Positions 26,792-36,730 of a stretch of 44,779 nt of DNA are shown here, piece by piece. Position numbers and translations under genes: made by a program. Where the stretch lies: the sequence record SRR31156797_602; one strand, 5' to 3'. Every line of letters starts with the position of its first letter. Positions within the stretch are counted from its first letter, which is position 1. The notes under the pieces are model-generated. The model did not search any database, had not been told where the DNA came from, and saw only the letters and a list, made by a program, of their open reading frames with translations.

Positions 26792-29314
26792 CTAAAAAAC
26801 CAGTTCGGTCCTTTCCAAAATATCCTTCTGCACGCCGGGGTCGAGTTCCGTAAAAAAAGCGCTGTAACCCGCCACCCGAACAATGAGACCCCTGTACTTG
26901 GAAGGGTTTTCCATGGCATCTTCAAGGGTTTTTCGACTCACCACATTGATCTGGTTGTGCATGCCCTTTCGCTGGAAAAATACTTTCATCATGCCGATGA
27001 AGCTCTCGTCTCCCACCGTCCCTTCAAGGGTGGAGGGGCTGAATCGCATGTTTAGGAGCGTGCCGTTTGAGGCGATCCCGTGGTCCAGTCTGGATACGGA
27101 TTTGACCACGGCGGTGGGTCCGTTCACATCATGGGACCCCCGTTCATTATGTACCGGGGACACACCGTCAGCCACCGGTTCACCGGCCTTTCTACCGTCC
27201 GGCGTGGCACCCTGCAGGGCGCCTAAGGGCACATTGGCGGAAACCGGGTAAAGACCGGCCTGAAATTCCCCGCCGTGGGCCGTGGGGCGACCTTCCAGAA
27301 GTCGACAATAGGTTTTCGCCCCGAACCAGCCCATCTCGTCGGCTGTTTTGTCGTCGTTTCCGTAATGGGAAACTTTGGCGCTGTTGACCAGGGCGTGCAA
27401 GGCCTCATATCCTTCCCAATTTTTTTTCAATGCCTCCAGGAACGCCTTCCCGCTGATCTTTTTCTCATCGAATACCAACTGTTTAATGGCGGAAAGTCCA
27501 TCGGCCACATTGCTGACCCCCACCCCCTGGGGTCCCACGTAGTTGTACCTCGCCCCCCCGGCCGTTACATCCACCCCCTTTTCGGTACAATCCTCCACCA
27601 GCAAAGAAAGGTACGGCAACATTTTCAGGGTCTGGTGGGCCAAATCCATACAGAGTTCCGATTTCACCAGGCGATCCACCCAGTAGGCCATCTGCTTCAC
27701 ATAGGCGTCCTTTACTTCCTCAAAGGTCTGAAAGGCATCCAGGCTGCCGCTCCGGACGCCCAATTGGGAACCGGCGCCGGCACAGACACGGTATCTTGGA
27801 CAATGGTCGCTGCAATCGATACATTGTCCGTTATTCAAGGCCAATTCGAGAACCTTGTTCATGTTGAAAAAGGCCGCGTCGTGCCAACCGTACTCACGTC
27901 CCCCGGCATCCGGCTCCACACACCCCAATGCGCCATAATCCCTGGCATCTTCAATGGACCGACCCCGGTTGACCATGGAGGGAATGATCACCTCGTCATT
28001 GAAAAAAGAAGGCATCCCCAACCCCACCTTCGCGGCCTTTGTAACCTTCACCCACCACTCGTGGGGTGAATTGGCATGCCAGCGGCTGGTCATCCAGGGG
28101 GCATTCAACTGAACATGCATGAGGGCGTCAACGGCCATAAAGGAGAGCTCGTTGGTGGCGTCTTTTCCATCCGGCGTCTGCCCGCCGACCGTCAAAGACG
28201 GTCCGCCCAATTCCACGCCCCCAAAGGCCTTGGTGGATCCGGCATCCCTTATTTTTGTGAGTTCGCTGATCTTGATCCAGGCACCTTCGATGAGCTCCTG
28301 CACGAACTCCGAGGTCACCCGATCCTTCTTAATATCGTTTTTAAAAAAAGGATACATCACCTGGTCGAATCTGCCCCAGTGGACGGAATGACCGTTACCT
28401 TCGATGGTGATCACAATGGTAAGCAACCACCACAACTGAAGTGCTTCCCAAAAAGTCCGGGGCGGATTTTCTGAAACCCATCGGCAGTTCTCCGCCATTT
28501 GGAGGAGTTCCTTCCTGCGCACGCCCTTCTTTTTCTCAGCCATTTCCCGGGCCAAACCGGCATACCGGCGCGTATAAACGACCATCCCTTCCAAGGCGAT
28601 GAGTTGGGCCTTATAGAACTGCTTTTTCCAGACATTTTCCGGGACAAACGGATCGAGTCCGACCATTTTGCCTTCAACTTGCTCCCGTATGCCTTTCCAC
28701 CCATTTTCGAAAATCATCTCATATCGGGGCGACACGTGACCCACGCCCCCGAAAAAGTAATTCCCAAGGAGATAGACCCCCTTGCCGTAGGCGCCGGTGC
28801 CTTTCAATTCTTCTTCGGTCATCAAGCTCTTGGCATAATCGTGTACGGTCTCGTTCTTCCAAAAGTTTCGAATGCGCTTCAGACTCTTTTTGGCCTCTTC
28901 GTCGATGAGGAATCGATCCCCGTCCCGTTTCTCAAAAGGCTCGTTTTCCATCTCATGGATCAGCCACTCATAGGAAAACTCCGGAAAAACAGGCGCCGTC
29001 CTAGGCGGAGCCGCCATGTTTCCGAGAATCAATTCAAATTTTCCGATCTCTATGGGAACATTTTCAAGGACATGGGCCAAAGCCTCGGCATTCCGCACGA
29101 TGCGGGGCTTGCCTTTGTTTTTCTGAAGCTTCCGGGTCCACAATACGGCCCGATCAGGGGAAATTCTGAGAGGCGTATCAAGAAACTGTTTTCGCCAAGC
29201 GTTGATCCTGGGAAACGGGGAAGGATTTTCCGCCTGACCTGAAGTGCCGGTCCCCCAGTCTTTGTCATAGTCTTCACAGCCTTGAATCACTATTTTTTTT
29301 GCGGTTTTTTGCAT
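26792..29314 (-). CDS. Glycyl radical enzyme, diol/polyol dehydratase-like clade, substrate unknown
   Basis: 840 aa from MQKTAKK after RBS GGAGGAGG; Gly loop RVAGYS, Cys loop GCVEP, GVGH, NGHS, WHDAAFFN, GLYPVSAN. Confidence 0.92.
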   Translation of the reverse strand: MQKTAKKIVIQGCEDYDKDWGTGTSGQAENPSPFPRINAWRKQFLDTPLRISPDRAVLWTRKLQKNKGKPRIVRNAEALAHVLENVPIEIGKFELILGNMAAPPRTAPVFPEFSYEWLIHEMENEPFEKRDGDRFLIDEEAKKSLKRIRNFWKNETVHDYAKSLMTEEELKGTGAYGKGVYLLGNYFFGGVGHVSPRYEMIFENGWKGIREQVEGKMVGLDPFVPENVWKKQFYKAQLIALEGMVVYTRRYAGLAREMAEKKKGVRRKELLQMAENCRWVSENPPRTFWEALQLWWLLTIVITIEGNGHSVHWGRFDQVMYPFFKNDIKKDRVTSEFVQELIEGAWIKISELTKIRDAGSTKAFGGVELGGPSLTVGGQTPDGKDATNELSFMAVDALMHVQLNAPWMTSRWHANSPHEWWVKVTKAAKVGLGMPSFFNDEVIIPSMVNRGRSIEDARDYGALGCVEPDAGGREYGWHDAAFFNMNKVLELALNNGQCIDCSDHCPRYRVCAGAGSQLGVRSGSLDAFQTFEEVKDAYVKQMAYWVDRLVKSELCMDLAHQTLKMLPYLSLLVEDCTEKGVDVTAGGARYNYVGPQGVGVSNVADGLSAIKQLVFDEKKISGKAFLEALKKNWEGYEALHALVNSAKVSHYGNDDKTADEMGWFGAKTYCRLLEGRPTAHGGEFQAGLYPVSANVPLGALQGATPDGRKAGEPVADGVSPVHNERGSHDVNGPTAVVKSVSRLDHGIASNGTLLNMRFSPSTLEGTVGDESFIGMMKVFFQRKGMHNQINVVSRKTLEDAMENPSKYRGLIVRVAGYSAFFTELDPGVQKDILERTELVF

Positions 29315-29346
29315 GGCCTCCTCCGAATTCCGAGTTGAAAAGTCCA

Positions 29347-30159
29347 CTACCCCTTCACAGCGCCGAAAGTAAGCCCCCGGATGATATATCGCTGCATAAA
29401 CCAGGCTGCGGCCAATGTGGGCAAAATGGCCACACAGATACAGGCCGCCATGGTCCCCCAATCCACCTGGCCCGAGGCCCAGAAAGAAGCCAGCCCGATG
29501 GTCAGGGTCCTGGCGATGTTCCGTGTGAAAAGAAACGCGTAAAGAAATTCGTTCCAGGAGAAAATAAAGCAGAACATGGCCGTAATGGCGGCGCCGGGCA
29601 TAATCATGGGAAAAATGATTTTCCGGAAGATGTCGATCCGCCCGTACCCGTCGATGGTGGCCGCCTGCTCCAGTTCCACGGGAATTTCCCTGAAAAACCC
29701 GTAGAGTAGGAATACGGCGAATGAAACATTGAAATAGAGATAGAGAACAATGAGGCCGAAGCGGGTATCCAGAAGCCCCATCCCTTTAAACGCCATGAAA
29801 AAAGGGATGGCCGCCACGGCCGCGGGGAACATGCGGGTGGAGATGGTGACGAAGAGCAGATGACCGTATCCGGTTTCGTATCGGGCAAAGCTGTAGGCCG
29901 CGGGCAGCGCCACCAGCATGACCAGAATGGTGCTGCTGATGGATATGACCAGCGTATTGAGGAGCTCCCGCACAAAAACCGTCTTCGTGAAAAGATTGAC
30001 GTAATTGTCAAGGATGGGTGAAAAAAAGAACATCCTCACCAGATCCTGGGTATAGATATCCGCATTGGTCTTAAAGGAGGTGAGATATATCCACACCAGG
30101 GGCGATACAAAGGTAAATACCACAAGCAGCGTCGCTGCCCAGAAAAGGGTTCGTTTCAT
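29347..30159 (-). CDS. Carbohydrate (CUT1) ABC transporter permease 2
   Basis: EAA loop ELEQAATIDG, FSWNEFLYA, six TM. Confidence 0.92.
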   Translation of the reverse strand: MKRTLFWAATLLVVFTFVSPLVWIYLTSFKTNADIYTQDLVRMFFFSPILDNYVNLFTKTVFVRELLNTLVISISSTILVMLVALPAAYSFARYETGYGHLLFVTISTRMFPAAVAAIPFFMAFKGMGLLDTRFGLIVLYLYFNVSFAVFLLYGFFREIPVELEQAATIDGYGRIDIFRKIIFPMIMPGAAITAMFCFIFSWNEFLYAFLFTRNIARTLTIGLASFWASGQVDWGTMAACICVAILPTLAAAWFMQRYIIRGLTFGAVKG

Positions 30160-30171
30160 TTTTTTCCTCCG

Positions 30172-31137
30172 CTATTCGCTTGTGGCCGCCAGGGCCTTCA
30201 TCAACTGGTTAAAAAGGATACCGCACACGATCATGGTCAGGAACAAAGAGATAATGGCCAGGGTGGATCCCCGGCCGATGTCAAAATAGACAAAGGTATT
30301 CCTGTAAATCTGCCAATCCAAAAGCTCCGTATCGGCGCCGCCACGGGTGGTTCCATAGAGGGGGTCAAAGAGCCGAACCAGCCACATGGTCCTCAAAAGC
30401 ACAATGATCATGATCAGGGGCGCCAGGTTTGGCAGGGTGAGCCGCCTGAAGGTGTACCAGGGGCCGGCGCCGTCCACCCTGGCGGCTTCGAAAGAATCCC
30501 TGGGAAGGCTCTTGAGCCCCGCCAGAAGGACAAATATGGAGAAAGGGACCCACTGCCACACGGAGATTGCCGCAATGGTGTAGAGCCCCACCCCCGGCGC
30601 GAACCAGCTGACCTTTGAAATTCCCACCAACCCAAAGACCATATTGACGATTCCGAAATCGTATTGCAGAAAGAAATTCCACATCATGGAGACGGCCAGC
30701 GGCGCGATGAGCAGGGGCAAAAGGATAAAGCCCCGAATGGGGTTCTGACCCTTGAATTCACGATTGAATAAAACCGCAACGCCCATGCCGATCGTCAACT
30801 CGGCCCCGATGCTGATCACCAGTACGATCCCCGTACGGCCCAGGGCCAGCCAGAACTCCCCGTCCCGCAACACGTCCCGGTAGTTCTCAAAGCCGATAAA
30901 GGTCGCCGCCTTGACCATGCCGAATTCGTGGAAAGAATACCACAGGCAATAAAGAAGAGGATACAGCATGAAAATGATAAGGACCAAAAGGAGCGGAACC
31001 AAAAGAAGCCATTTATAATATCTGTCGTCACTGAGGACGCTCCAAAAGGTCCGTTCCCGAACTTTGGGATAATCCCCCGATGTCTCCCGGGTTAACGGCC
31101 CCGCCTGCAACGTCGCCTCACTTACATTGTTAGCCAT
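30172..31137 (-). CDS. Carbohydrate (CUT1) ABC transporter permease 1
   Basis: FIGFENY, WQWVPF, EAARVDGAG, TLP. Confidence 0.92.
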   Translation of the reverse strand: MANNVSEATLQAGPLTRETSGDYPKVRERTFWSVLSDDRYYKWLLLVPLLLVLIIFMLYPLLYCLWYSFHEFGMVKAATFIGFENYRDVLRDGEFWLALGRTGIVLVISIGAELTIGMGVAVLFNREFKGQNPIRGFILLPLLIAPLAVSMMWNFFLQYDFGIVNMVFGLVGISKVSWFAPGVGLYTIAAISVWQWVPFSIFVLLAGLKSLPRDSFEAARVDGAGPWYTFRRLTLPNLAPLIMIIVLLRTMWLVRLFDPLYGTTRGGADTELLDWQIYRNTFVYFDIGRGSTLAIISLFLTMIVCGILFNQLMKALAATSE

Positions 31138-31402
31138 TCAAACACCTCTCTGTTTCACGATTTCCCGTTCATGTCCTTCGAAGGACGTCCTTTATGGAAC
31201 AAACCGATGGCATACGCCGGGTAATGTCCTGTCCAAAACGGATGGGCCTGAATTCTCGACACTGAGTACAATAGGAAGGTAACCCCCATTGTTTTGTCTC
31301 CTCCTCAGAGGCGAACACACAGAATCCGTTTTTCATACCGTTAGCGCTCTTGTTTACGCTTACACCAGTGCACACAAATGGATCTTTCGAAAATTGAGGC
31401 AC

Positions 31403-31422
31403 CCCGCGAACCATGCCGCGGG
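31403..31422 (-). other. GC-rich hairpin just downstream of the binding-protein gene (possible mRNA-stabilising element)
   Basis: CCCGCG-N8-CGCGGG. Confidence 0.35.
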
Positions 31423-31441
31423 AATACCCCGTTTCCTTCAC

Positions 31442-32932
31442 CTACTTTTCTTCCCGAATGGGGAGCTGTCCGAATTTTTTCTGCAACTGCATGGTTTTCT
31501 TGGTGATTACCTTGACGCACTCTTCCGGGGTGTACTTTTTGATGGCAGCATTATGCAGCTCAATGATCTGCATTTCATAGATCTTGCCCATGGCTGCGCT
31601 GTTGAAGTGAATGTAGTTATTTACGTAGTTGTTCTGAACCTGAAGGGCCAGGGAGTTGATGTATGCCCGGTCGCCGATGGATTTTTTCCATTTCGGATCG
31701 TTCTGATAAATGGGATCGCCCATGATATCGATCCGCACCCCGGGAAATCCGCCTTCCATGAGCTCTTTCTGACATTCATACCCGCCCAGATACTTGATAA
31801 ACCAGTAGGCTGCCTCGGGGTTCTTGCTGGCTTTGGCCACGCATTCGGCGAAATCGCCGATATACCCCTGCCTGCCCACACATAGGGCCATCCCCTTTCT
31901 AGCGCCCGGCACCTTCTTCTCCACCTGCCATGTCCAGTCTTCAACCACCAGATAGAGATACGGCAACATGATGGCCTGGCCCTCCACGAACTGGGCGCAA
32001 CAGAAATCCCAGAAACCGGTCAAGCAGCCCGGGGAGGCGAACTTGAGCAGGCTGACGTAAAATTCGATGGCTTCCTTCTGTTTTTGCTTGTCCTTCTTGG
32101 TGATGACGAATTCCTTGGCCTTGCCGTTTTCATCGCGAACGATGGTGGCCCAATGGCCTCCGTTGCCCCAGAGAATGGCGCTGATCTCGTCATTGATCTC
32201 AAACCGTCCCGCCATCAAAGCGACACCGTAGACATCCTTCTTGAGGACTTCGCCTTTCAGCTTTTCCCCGGCTTTTCTCGTGAAGAATTCTGCCGTATCA
32301 TAAAGCTGTTGTCGGGTAACGGGCACTTTGAGCTCGTAGCCGTATTTTTTCTTGAAATTGGCCTTTTCCGTTGGGTCTTCAAAGCAGTCAATGCGATGAT
32401 ACAAAACCTGCTCGTAGTTCCAGTAGGGGATTCCCCGAAGCTTCCCTTCCCGGTCGCAGGTGGTCCGAATCAAAGCCGGATCATGACCCGCCAGATCGCT
32501 CTCAAATCCGGCCAGCCCGGTGGGCTCATACTTTTTGGCCAACTCTCTCACGTCCCAAAGATAGGGGGCCCATTCACAGGTGGTGGAGGTCTCCATGACG
32601 ATACAGTCGTATGCGCCGGATCCCGACATCAACTCCACATTAATTTTAGGGTAAATGCTGGTCATGATCATCTTTTCAAAGGTAACCTTCACCCCGGTCT
32701 TCTCTTCGAATTTCTTGATCATCTTGGGCACTGCGATATCAAACTGCTTGGTGCCCCCGAATAATGCGATATGAATCTGCCTTTTGTTTTTAATGTCCGG
32801 AATATCCGCCAGTTTGAACTTGGGTGTGGGCGTCTCAAGCCAATCCGCCAAAGCGCCCGGCGCCACGGTGAAAACCAAAATGCCCATGAGAAAAAAACCG
32901 ATTAACGATTGAACCAAACTCTTTTTTCGCAT
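31442..32932 (-). CDS. ABC transporter extracellular solute-binding protein (family 1)
   Basis: Signal peptide ending ALA-D; FEEKTGVKV, GIPYW, FKKKYGYELKVP, SKNPEAAYWFI; RBS GGGAGG. Confidence 0.9.
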   Translation of the reverse strand: MRKKSLVQSLIGFFLMGILVFTVAPGALADWLETPTPKFKLADIPDIKNKRQIHIALFGGTKQFDIAVPKMIKKFEEKTGVKVTFEKMIMTSIYPKINVELMSGSGAYDCIVMETSTTCEWAPYLWDVRELAKKYEPTGLAGFESDLAGHDPALIRTTCDREGKLRGIPYWNYEQVLYHRIDCFEDPTEKANFKKKYGYELKVPVTRQQLYDTAEFFTRKAGEKLKGEVLKKDVYGVALMAGRFEINDEISAILWGNGGHWATIVRDENGKAKEFVITKKDKQKQKEAIEFYVSLLKFASPGCLTGFWDFCCAQFVEGQAIMLPYLYLVVEDWTWQVEKKVPGARKGMALCVGRQGYIGDFAECVAKASKNPEAAYWFIKYLGGYECQKELMEGGFPGVRIDIMGDPIYQNDPKWKKSIGDRAYINSLALQVQNNYVNNYIHFNSAAMGKIYEMQIIELHNAAIKKYTPEECVKVITKKTMQLQKKFGQLPIREEK

Positions 32933-33120
32933 AATGACCTCCCTAAGAAAATTTTTGAAGTTTGTTTTCGAGTGTTAAGGCTCCCTTTTTTTGATTATCA
33001 CCTCCCAAACGATTAAAAGTTTTAAACCCGGATGTTGCTTTGACAATCATGAACTTACAAACCGCAATGTTTTCTTTAAAAAAATAGAATCTCCACCTGA
33101 AAAACAGCTTATGGTGACGC

Positions 33121-34215
33121 CTATTGAAGGATGGGCATGTCCCCGTCAAATAGGTGAATGGTATCAGGCGCCATTTCAAGCCGGACCTTCTCTCCCGGCT
33201 CGGGCAACCATTCCGTTTCGATGACCGCTTTCACCTCATTTTTTTCCAAATCATCCAGAATCACCGTCACAATCACCGATTCCCCTTGAAACTGGGTCAG
33301 GTCAACCACGCCCGGGATCCCATCTTTGCCATTGCCGGCCATGGAAAGTCGAACCTGCTGGGGTCTGACGCCCACCGTTATTTCGGATCCCACGGATTTC
33401 TCTCCCACCGCGCCATCAAAGGGAAGAATCGATTTTCCATTCTTCGTGCTGATGGAAACCTGACTTCTGTTTTCGATCCGCCCCTTTATGAAATTCATCT
33501 CGGGTTCCCCCACGAAAGTGGCCACGAATTTGTTGGCCGGATGGTTCCAGATCTCATCCACGGTTCCGATCTGCTGAAGCTTTGCGTGATTCATGACCGC
33601 AACCCGATCCGCAAGGGAAACCGCCTCTTCCTGATCGTGGGTCACATAAATGGTGGTAAGCTTCAACTCATCGTGGAGCCTTCGAATACGCGCCCGCATA
33701 TTGGCCCGGACCCGCACGTCCATATGGCTGATGGGTTCATCCAGGAGGGTGATGTTGGGCTGCCGAACCAGGGCCCTGCACAAATTGACCCGCTGCTTGT
33801 GCCCGCCGCTCAAGCTCCCCGGCTTCTTCTTCAGGATGTCGGTCACGTTCAATATGTCGGCAATCCACATGACCTTTTTATCGGCCTCGGCCCTGCTCAT
33901 ACCCTTGGCGCGCATGGGAAAAGCGATATTTTCGTGGACGTTCAGGCGGGCATAGAGGGCATAGGACTCGAAGGCAAGCGCCAGGTTTCGTTCACTGGGG
34001 CTGAGGTCGTTCACCACCTTGCCGTCGAACCGAATCTCCCCCCTGGTGATATCCTCAAGCCCGGCAATCATCCGCAAGGTGGTACTCTTGCCGCATCCGG
34101 AAGGCCCCAGGACGGCCAGAAACTCCCCGTCTTCGATAAAAAAGTTCAGATCCTGGACCGCCTCAACATCCCCATCATAAATTTTCCATACATTGCTGAT
34201 ATCGACTCTACTCAC
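33121..34215 (-). CDS. ABC transporter ATP-binding protein (MalK-like) 2
   Basis: GPSGCGKST, LSGGHKQR, LLDEP, YVTHDQ; C-terminal TOBE-like region; GTG start. Confidence 0.93.
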   Translation of the reverse strand: MSRVDISNVWKIYDGDVEAVQDLNFFIEDGEFLAVLGPSGCGKSTTLRMIAGLEDITRGEIRFDGKVVNDLSPSERNLALAFESYALYARLNVHENIAFPMRAKGMSRAEADKKVMWIADILNVTDILKKKPGSLSGGHKQRVNLCRALVRQPNITLLDEPISHMDVRVRANMRARIRRLHDELKLTTIYVTHDQEEAVSLADRVAVMNHAKLQQIGTVDEIWNHPANKFVATFVGEPEMNFIKGRIENRSQVSISTKNGKSILPFDGAVGEKSVGSEITVGVRPQQVRLSMAGNGKDGIPGVVDLTQFQGESVIVTVILDDLEKNEVKAVIETEWLPEPGEKVRLEMAPDTIHLFDGDMPILQ

Positions 34216-34230
34216 CTTCCACCCCTCCCC

Positions 34231-35346
34231 TTATTTGGATATCTTCACGGTCTTTTTAAAGAAAAAGCTGTGTTCCTGGTCAAAATCCAGCCAAACCTTC
34301 TCGCTCATGCCGTACTGTTCCGGACCCTTCACACTTGCCCTGAAAAAGCACTTGTCTAACTCAAAGGTGATGACCGCGCCTTCGGGCCGGCGTACGATGG
34401 CATAGATGGGCAGTTTAAATGAATGTTCCGTGGTCCTTTCTTTGCTCACTTTGATGCGAGAGGGCCGAATGCCGAGACGAATTTCTCCGTCTTGGTCCTC
34501 GGCTGCAATTTTTTGGGCGGCCGCGATGGATTTGTTTTGCAAAGGGATGGAAAACTCTTTTCCGGATTGAAACAGGGTTTTTCCGTTACCACTGACAAGG
34601 CTTCCGTCAATGAGGTTGCAGGGGGGGTCTCCGATAAAATTGGCGACGAAATCGGTTTCCGGCCGGTTATAAATCTCCCTGGGCGTTCCGATCTGCTCAA
34701 ATTTTCCCTTTCGGAGCACCGCGATTCGATCGGACAAACCCAACGCCTCCCGATAATCATGGGTCACATAGATAATGGCGGTGCCCAATTTGACGGAAAG
34801 CCGTTTTAAGGCCGTCTGGGTGGAAAACTTCAGTCTCGCGTCCAGATGGGCAATGGGTTCGTCCAGCAAAAAGCATTCACATCGTCTCACCATGGCCCTG
34901 GCCAGGGATACCCGTTGTTTCTCGCCTCCGCTCAATTGGACGGGTTTCCTACCCAACAGTCTTTTGATCCCCAGAAAGTCGGCCACCTCTTCGACCCGCC
35001 GTTTTTCCTCGTCCTTGGACAATTTTTCATGCCTTTCGGGAGCTCTCAAGGGAAAGGCGATGTTTTCATAAACCGAGAGATGGGAATAGAGATTATAGGT
35101 CTCAAAGGCCATGGCCACATTCCTTTCCCTAGCGGAAAGGGCGTTGACTTCATAGTCGTCAAAGAAAATCTTGCCGGACGTCACCGGTTCAATGCCGGCG
35201 ATCATCTTTAGTATGGTTGATTTCCCCGCTCCGGCCGGTCCGATGATGGAGAAGAACTCTCCCTCCCTGTACTCAAAACTCAGGTTGTCCACGGCCAGTT
35301 TGTTTCCATATTTTTTTGTTACGTTTAGAAGTTTTACACCCGCCAT
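34231..35346 (-). CDS. ABC transporter ATP-binding protein (MalK-like) 1
   Basis: GPAGAGKST, LSGGEKQR, LLDEP, YVTHD; start MAGVKLL. Confidence 0.93.
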   Translation of the reverse strand: MAGVKLLNVTKKYGNKLAVDNLSFEYREGEFFSIIGPAGAGKSTILKMIAGIEPVTSGKIFFDDYEVNALSARERNVAMAFETYNLYSHLSVYENIAFPLRAPERHEKLSKDEEKRRVEEVADFLGIKRLLGRKPVQLSGGEKQRVSLARAMVRRCECFLLDEPIAHLDARLKFSTQTALKRLSVKLGTAIIYVTHDYREALGLSDRIAVLRKGKFEQIGTPREIYNRPETDFVANFIGDPPCNLIDGSLVSGNGKTLFQSGKEFSIPLQNKSIAAAQKIAAEDQDGEIRLGIRPSRIKVSKERTTEHSFKLPIYAIVRRPEGAVITFELDKCFFRASVKGPEQYGMSEKVWLDFDQEHSFFFKKTVKISK

Positions 35347-35347
35347 G

Positions 35348-35548
35348 TTATTCCTCTCCCTCCTCCACCTCTTCACTCTCCCGCGGGCCGTAGATGAGCA
35401 AAGCCAGGAAGACCATGAGCCCGATTAACGCGCCGATCCATTGGGGAATGTATAATTCCAGCCAGCCCAACCACAAAAAATTAACGCCCACAAAGGCCAG
35501 AATCCCCCAAAAAAGCCAGTTTCCCCATGTCATTCGTGGTAAAAACAT
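35348..35548 (-). CDS. Small integral membrane protein, DUF2160 (GlpU)-like
   Basis: FLPRMTWGNWLFWGIL...FLWLGW, two TM helices; RBS CAGGAGG; located in the ABC cluster. Confidence 0.65.
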   Translation of the reverse strand: MFLPRMTWGNWLFWGILAFVGVNFLWLGWLELYIPQWIGALIGLMVFLALLIYGPRESEEVEEGEE

Positions 35549-35567
35549 CCGTAATTCCTCCTGCCTT

Positions 35568-36728
35568 TCAAATAACCGGCCCCACCATATAGATATCCAT
35601 GGAGCTGGTGTATCCGGAAATCTCCGCCTTGGTCATCTTGCCGGAGGCCACATCCACCAGTTCCATAAGGAGTCTCTTGCCCGCTTCTTCCAGGGTCTCG
35701 GTACCTTCCATTACCGAAGAAACACTGAAATCCATATGGTCTTTCAGGTTCCGCCATGTCTTTTCGTTACCGGTCAATTTGATCACCGGAACAAAGGGAA
35801 AGCCCTGGGGTGCCCCACGGCCCGTTGTGAAAGCGATCACATTGGCGCCCGCCGCCGCCAGCCCGGTCAGGATTTCCGGCTCACGGCCCGGCGAATCCAT
35901 GACCACCAGCCCCTTGACATCGGGTTTGACGCCGTATTCATAAACCGCCTGGAAGGGCGAATTTCCGGCCTTGGCAATGGCGCCCAGAGATTTCTCTTCG
36001 ATGGTGGTGAGTCCTCCCTTGATGTTGCCCCCCGTGGGTTGCCCCCCGCGTATGTCAAAGCCCATCTGAATGGCCCGATTCTCCATCCGCTCCACCAGGG
36101 CCAGCATCTTACGGGCCGTTTCCTCGTCCTTGGCATGCTTGGCCAAGAGATGCTCGGCACCGATAAACTCCGTGACTTCTCCCAGAATGGAGGTCCCCCC
36201 CGCCTCAACAATAAGGTCGGAAAGAATTCCCACCACCGGATTGGCCGACAGCCCTGAAGTGGTATCGGAACTGCCGCATTTCAGACCCAGAACCAGTTCG
36301 CTCAAGGGAAAAGGCGCCCTTTTCTGCTCACTTGCCTCAGTGGCCATGGACTGGGCCAAGAGGATTCCCTGAGCCGTCGATCTGGCCGCCCCACCCTCTT
36401 CCTGAATGAGGATGGTTTCAACCCGCTTCCCCGTTGCCGCAATGGCCTCGGCCACCTGATGAATGTTGGTGCTCTCGCAGCCGAGACTCACCAGCAGTAC
36501 CGCTGCCAGGTTCGGGTTTTTTCCCAGGCCTATGAGCGCATGGTTCACGCGATTGATATCAACTGGTGTCTGACAGCAGCCCTGATGATGAAGGAATGCC
36601 GTGGCCCCCTTCACCTGCGAGGCGATTTTTTCGGCCACTTCGTTACCGCATATGACCGTGGACAAAATACCCACATAGTTCCGGGTGCCGACGCCGCCTT
36701 GGGCTCGTTCGTATCCCAAAAACTCCAT
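35568..36728 (-). CDS. UxaA/GarD-family dehydratase, large subunit
   Basis: FLGYER..GGVGTRN, STVIC, HHQGCC, SLGCE, KCGSSDTTSG, GNIKGGLTTIEEKSLGA, FTTGRG. Confidence 0.9.
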   Translation of the reverse strand: MEFLGYERAQGGVGTRNYVGILSTVICGNEVAEKIASQVKGATAFLHHQGCCQTPVDINRVNHALIGLGKNPNLAAVLLVSLGCESTNIHQVAEAIAATGKRVETILIQEEGGAARSTAQGILLAQSMATEASEQKRAPFPLSELVLGLKCGSSDTTSGLSANPVVGILSDLIVEAGGTSILGEVTEFIGAEHLLAKHAKDEETARKMLALVERMENRAIQMGFDIRGGQPTGGNIKGGLTTIEEKSLGAIAKAGNSPFQAVYEYGVKPDVKGLVVMDSPGREPEILTGLAAAGANVIAFTTGRGAPQGFPFVPVIKLTGNEKTWRNLKDHMDFSVSSVMEGTETLEEAGKRLLMELVDVASGKMTKAEISGYTSSMDIYMVGPVI

Positions 36729-36730
36729 TG

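Noticed and set aside
26710-26925. N-terminal extension of the activase ORF
   Set aside because: It overlaps the GRE 3' end, and family similarity begins only after 26709.
26792-29314. Pyruvate formate-lyase, benzylsuccinate synthase or CutC assignment
   Set aside because: No adjacent CC pair as in PFL, no BSS small subunits, and the His/His/Asp set matches diol dehydratases.
29315-29461. N-terminal extension of the GRE ORF
   Set aside because: It overlaps the permease gene; a strong RBS precedes ATG 29314.
33154-34359. 401-aa + strand ORF
   Set aside because: Antisense shadow of the ABC ATPase gene; no motifs and no RBS.
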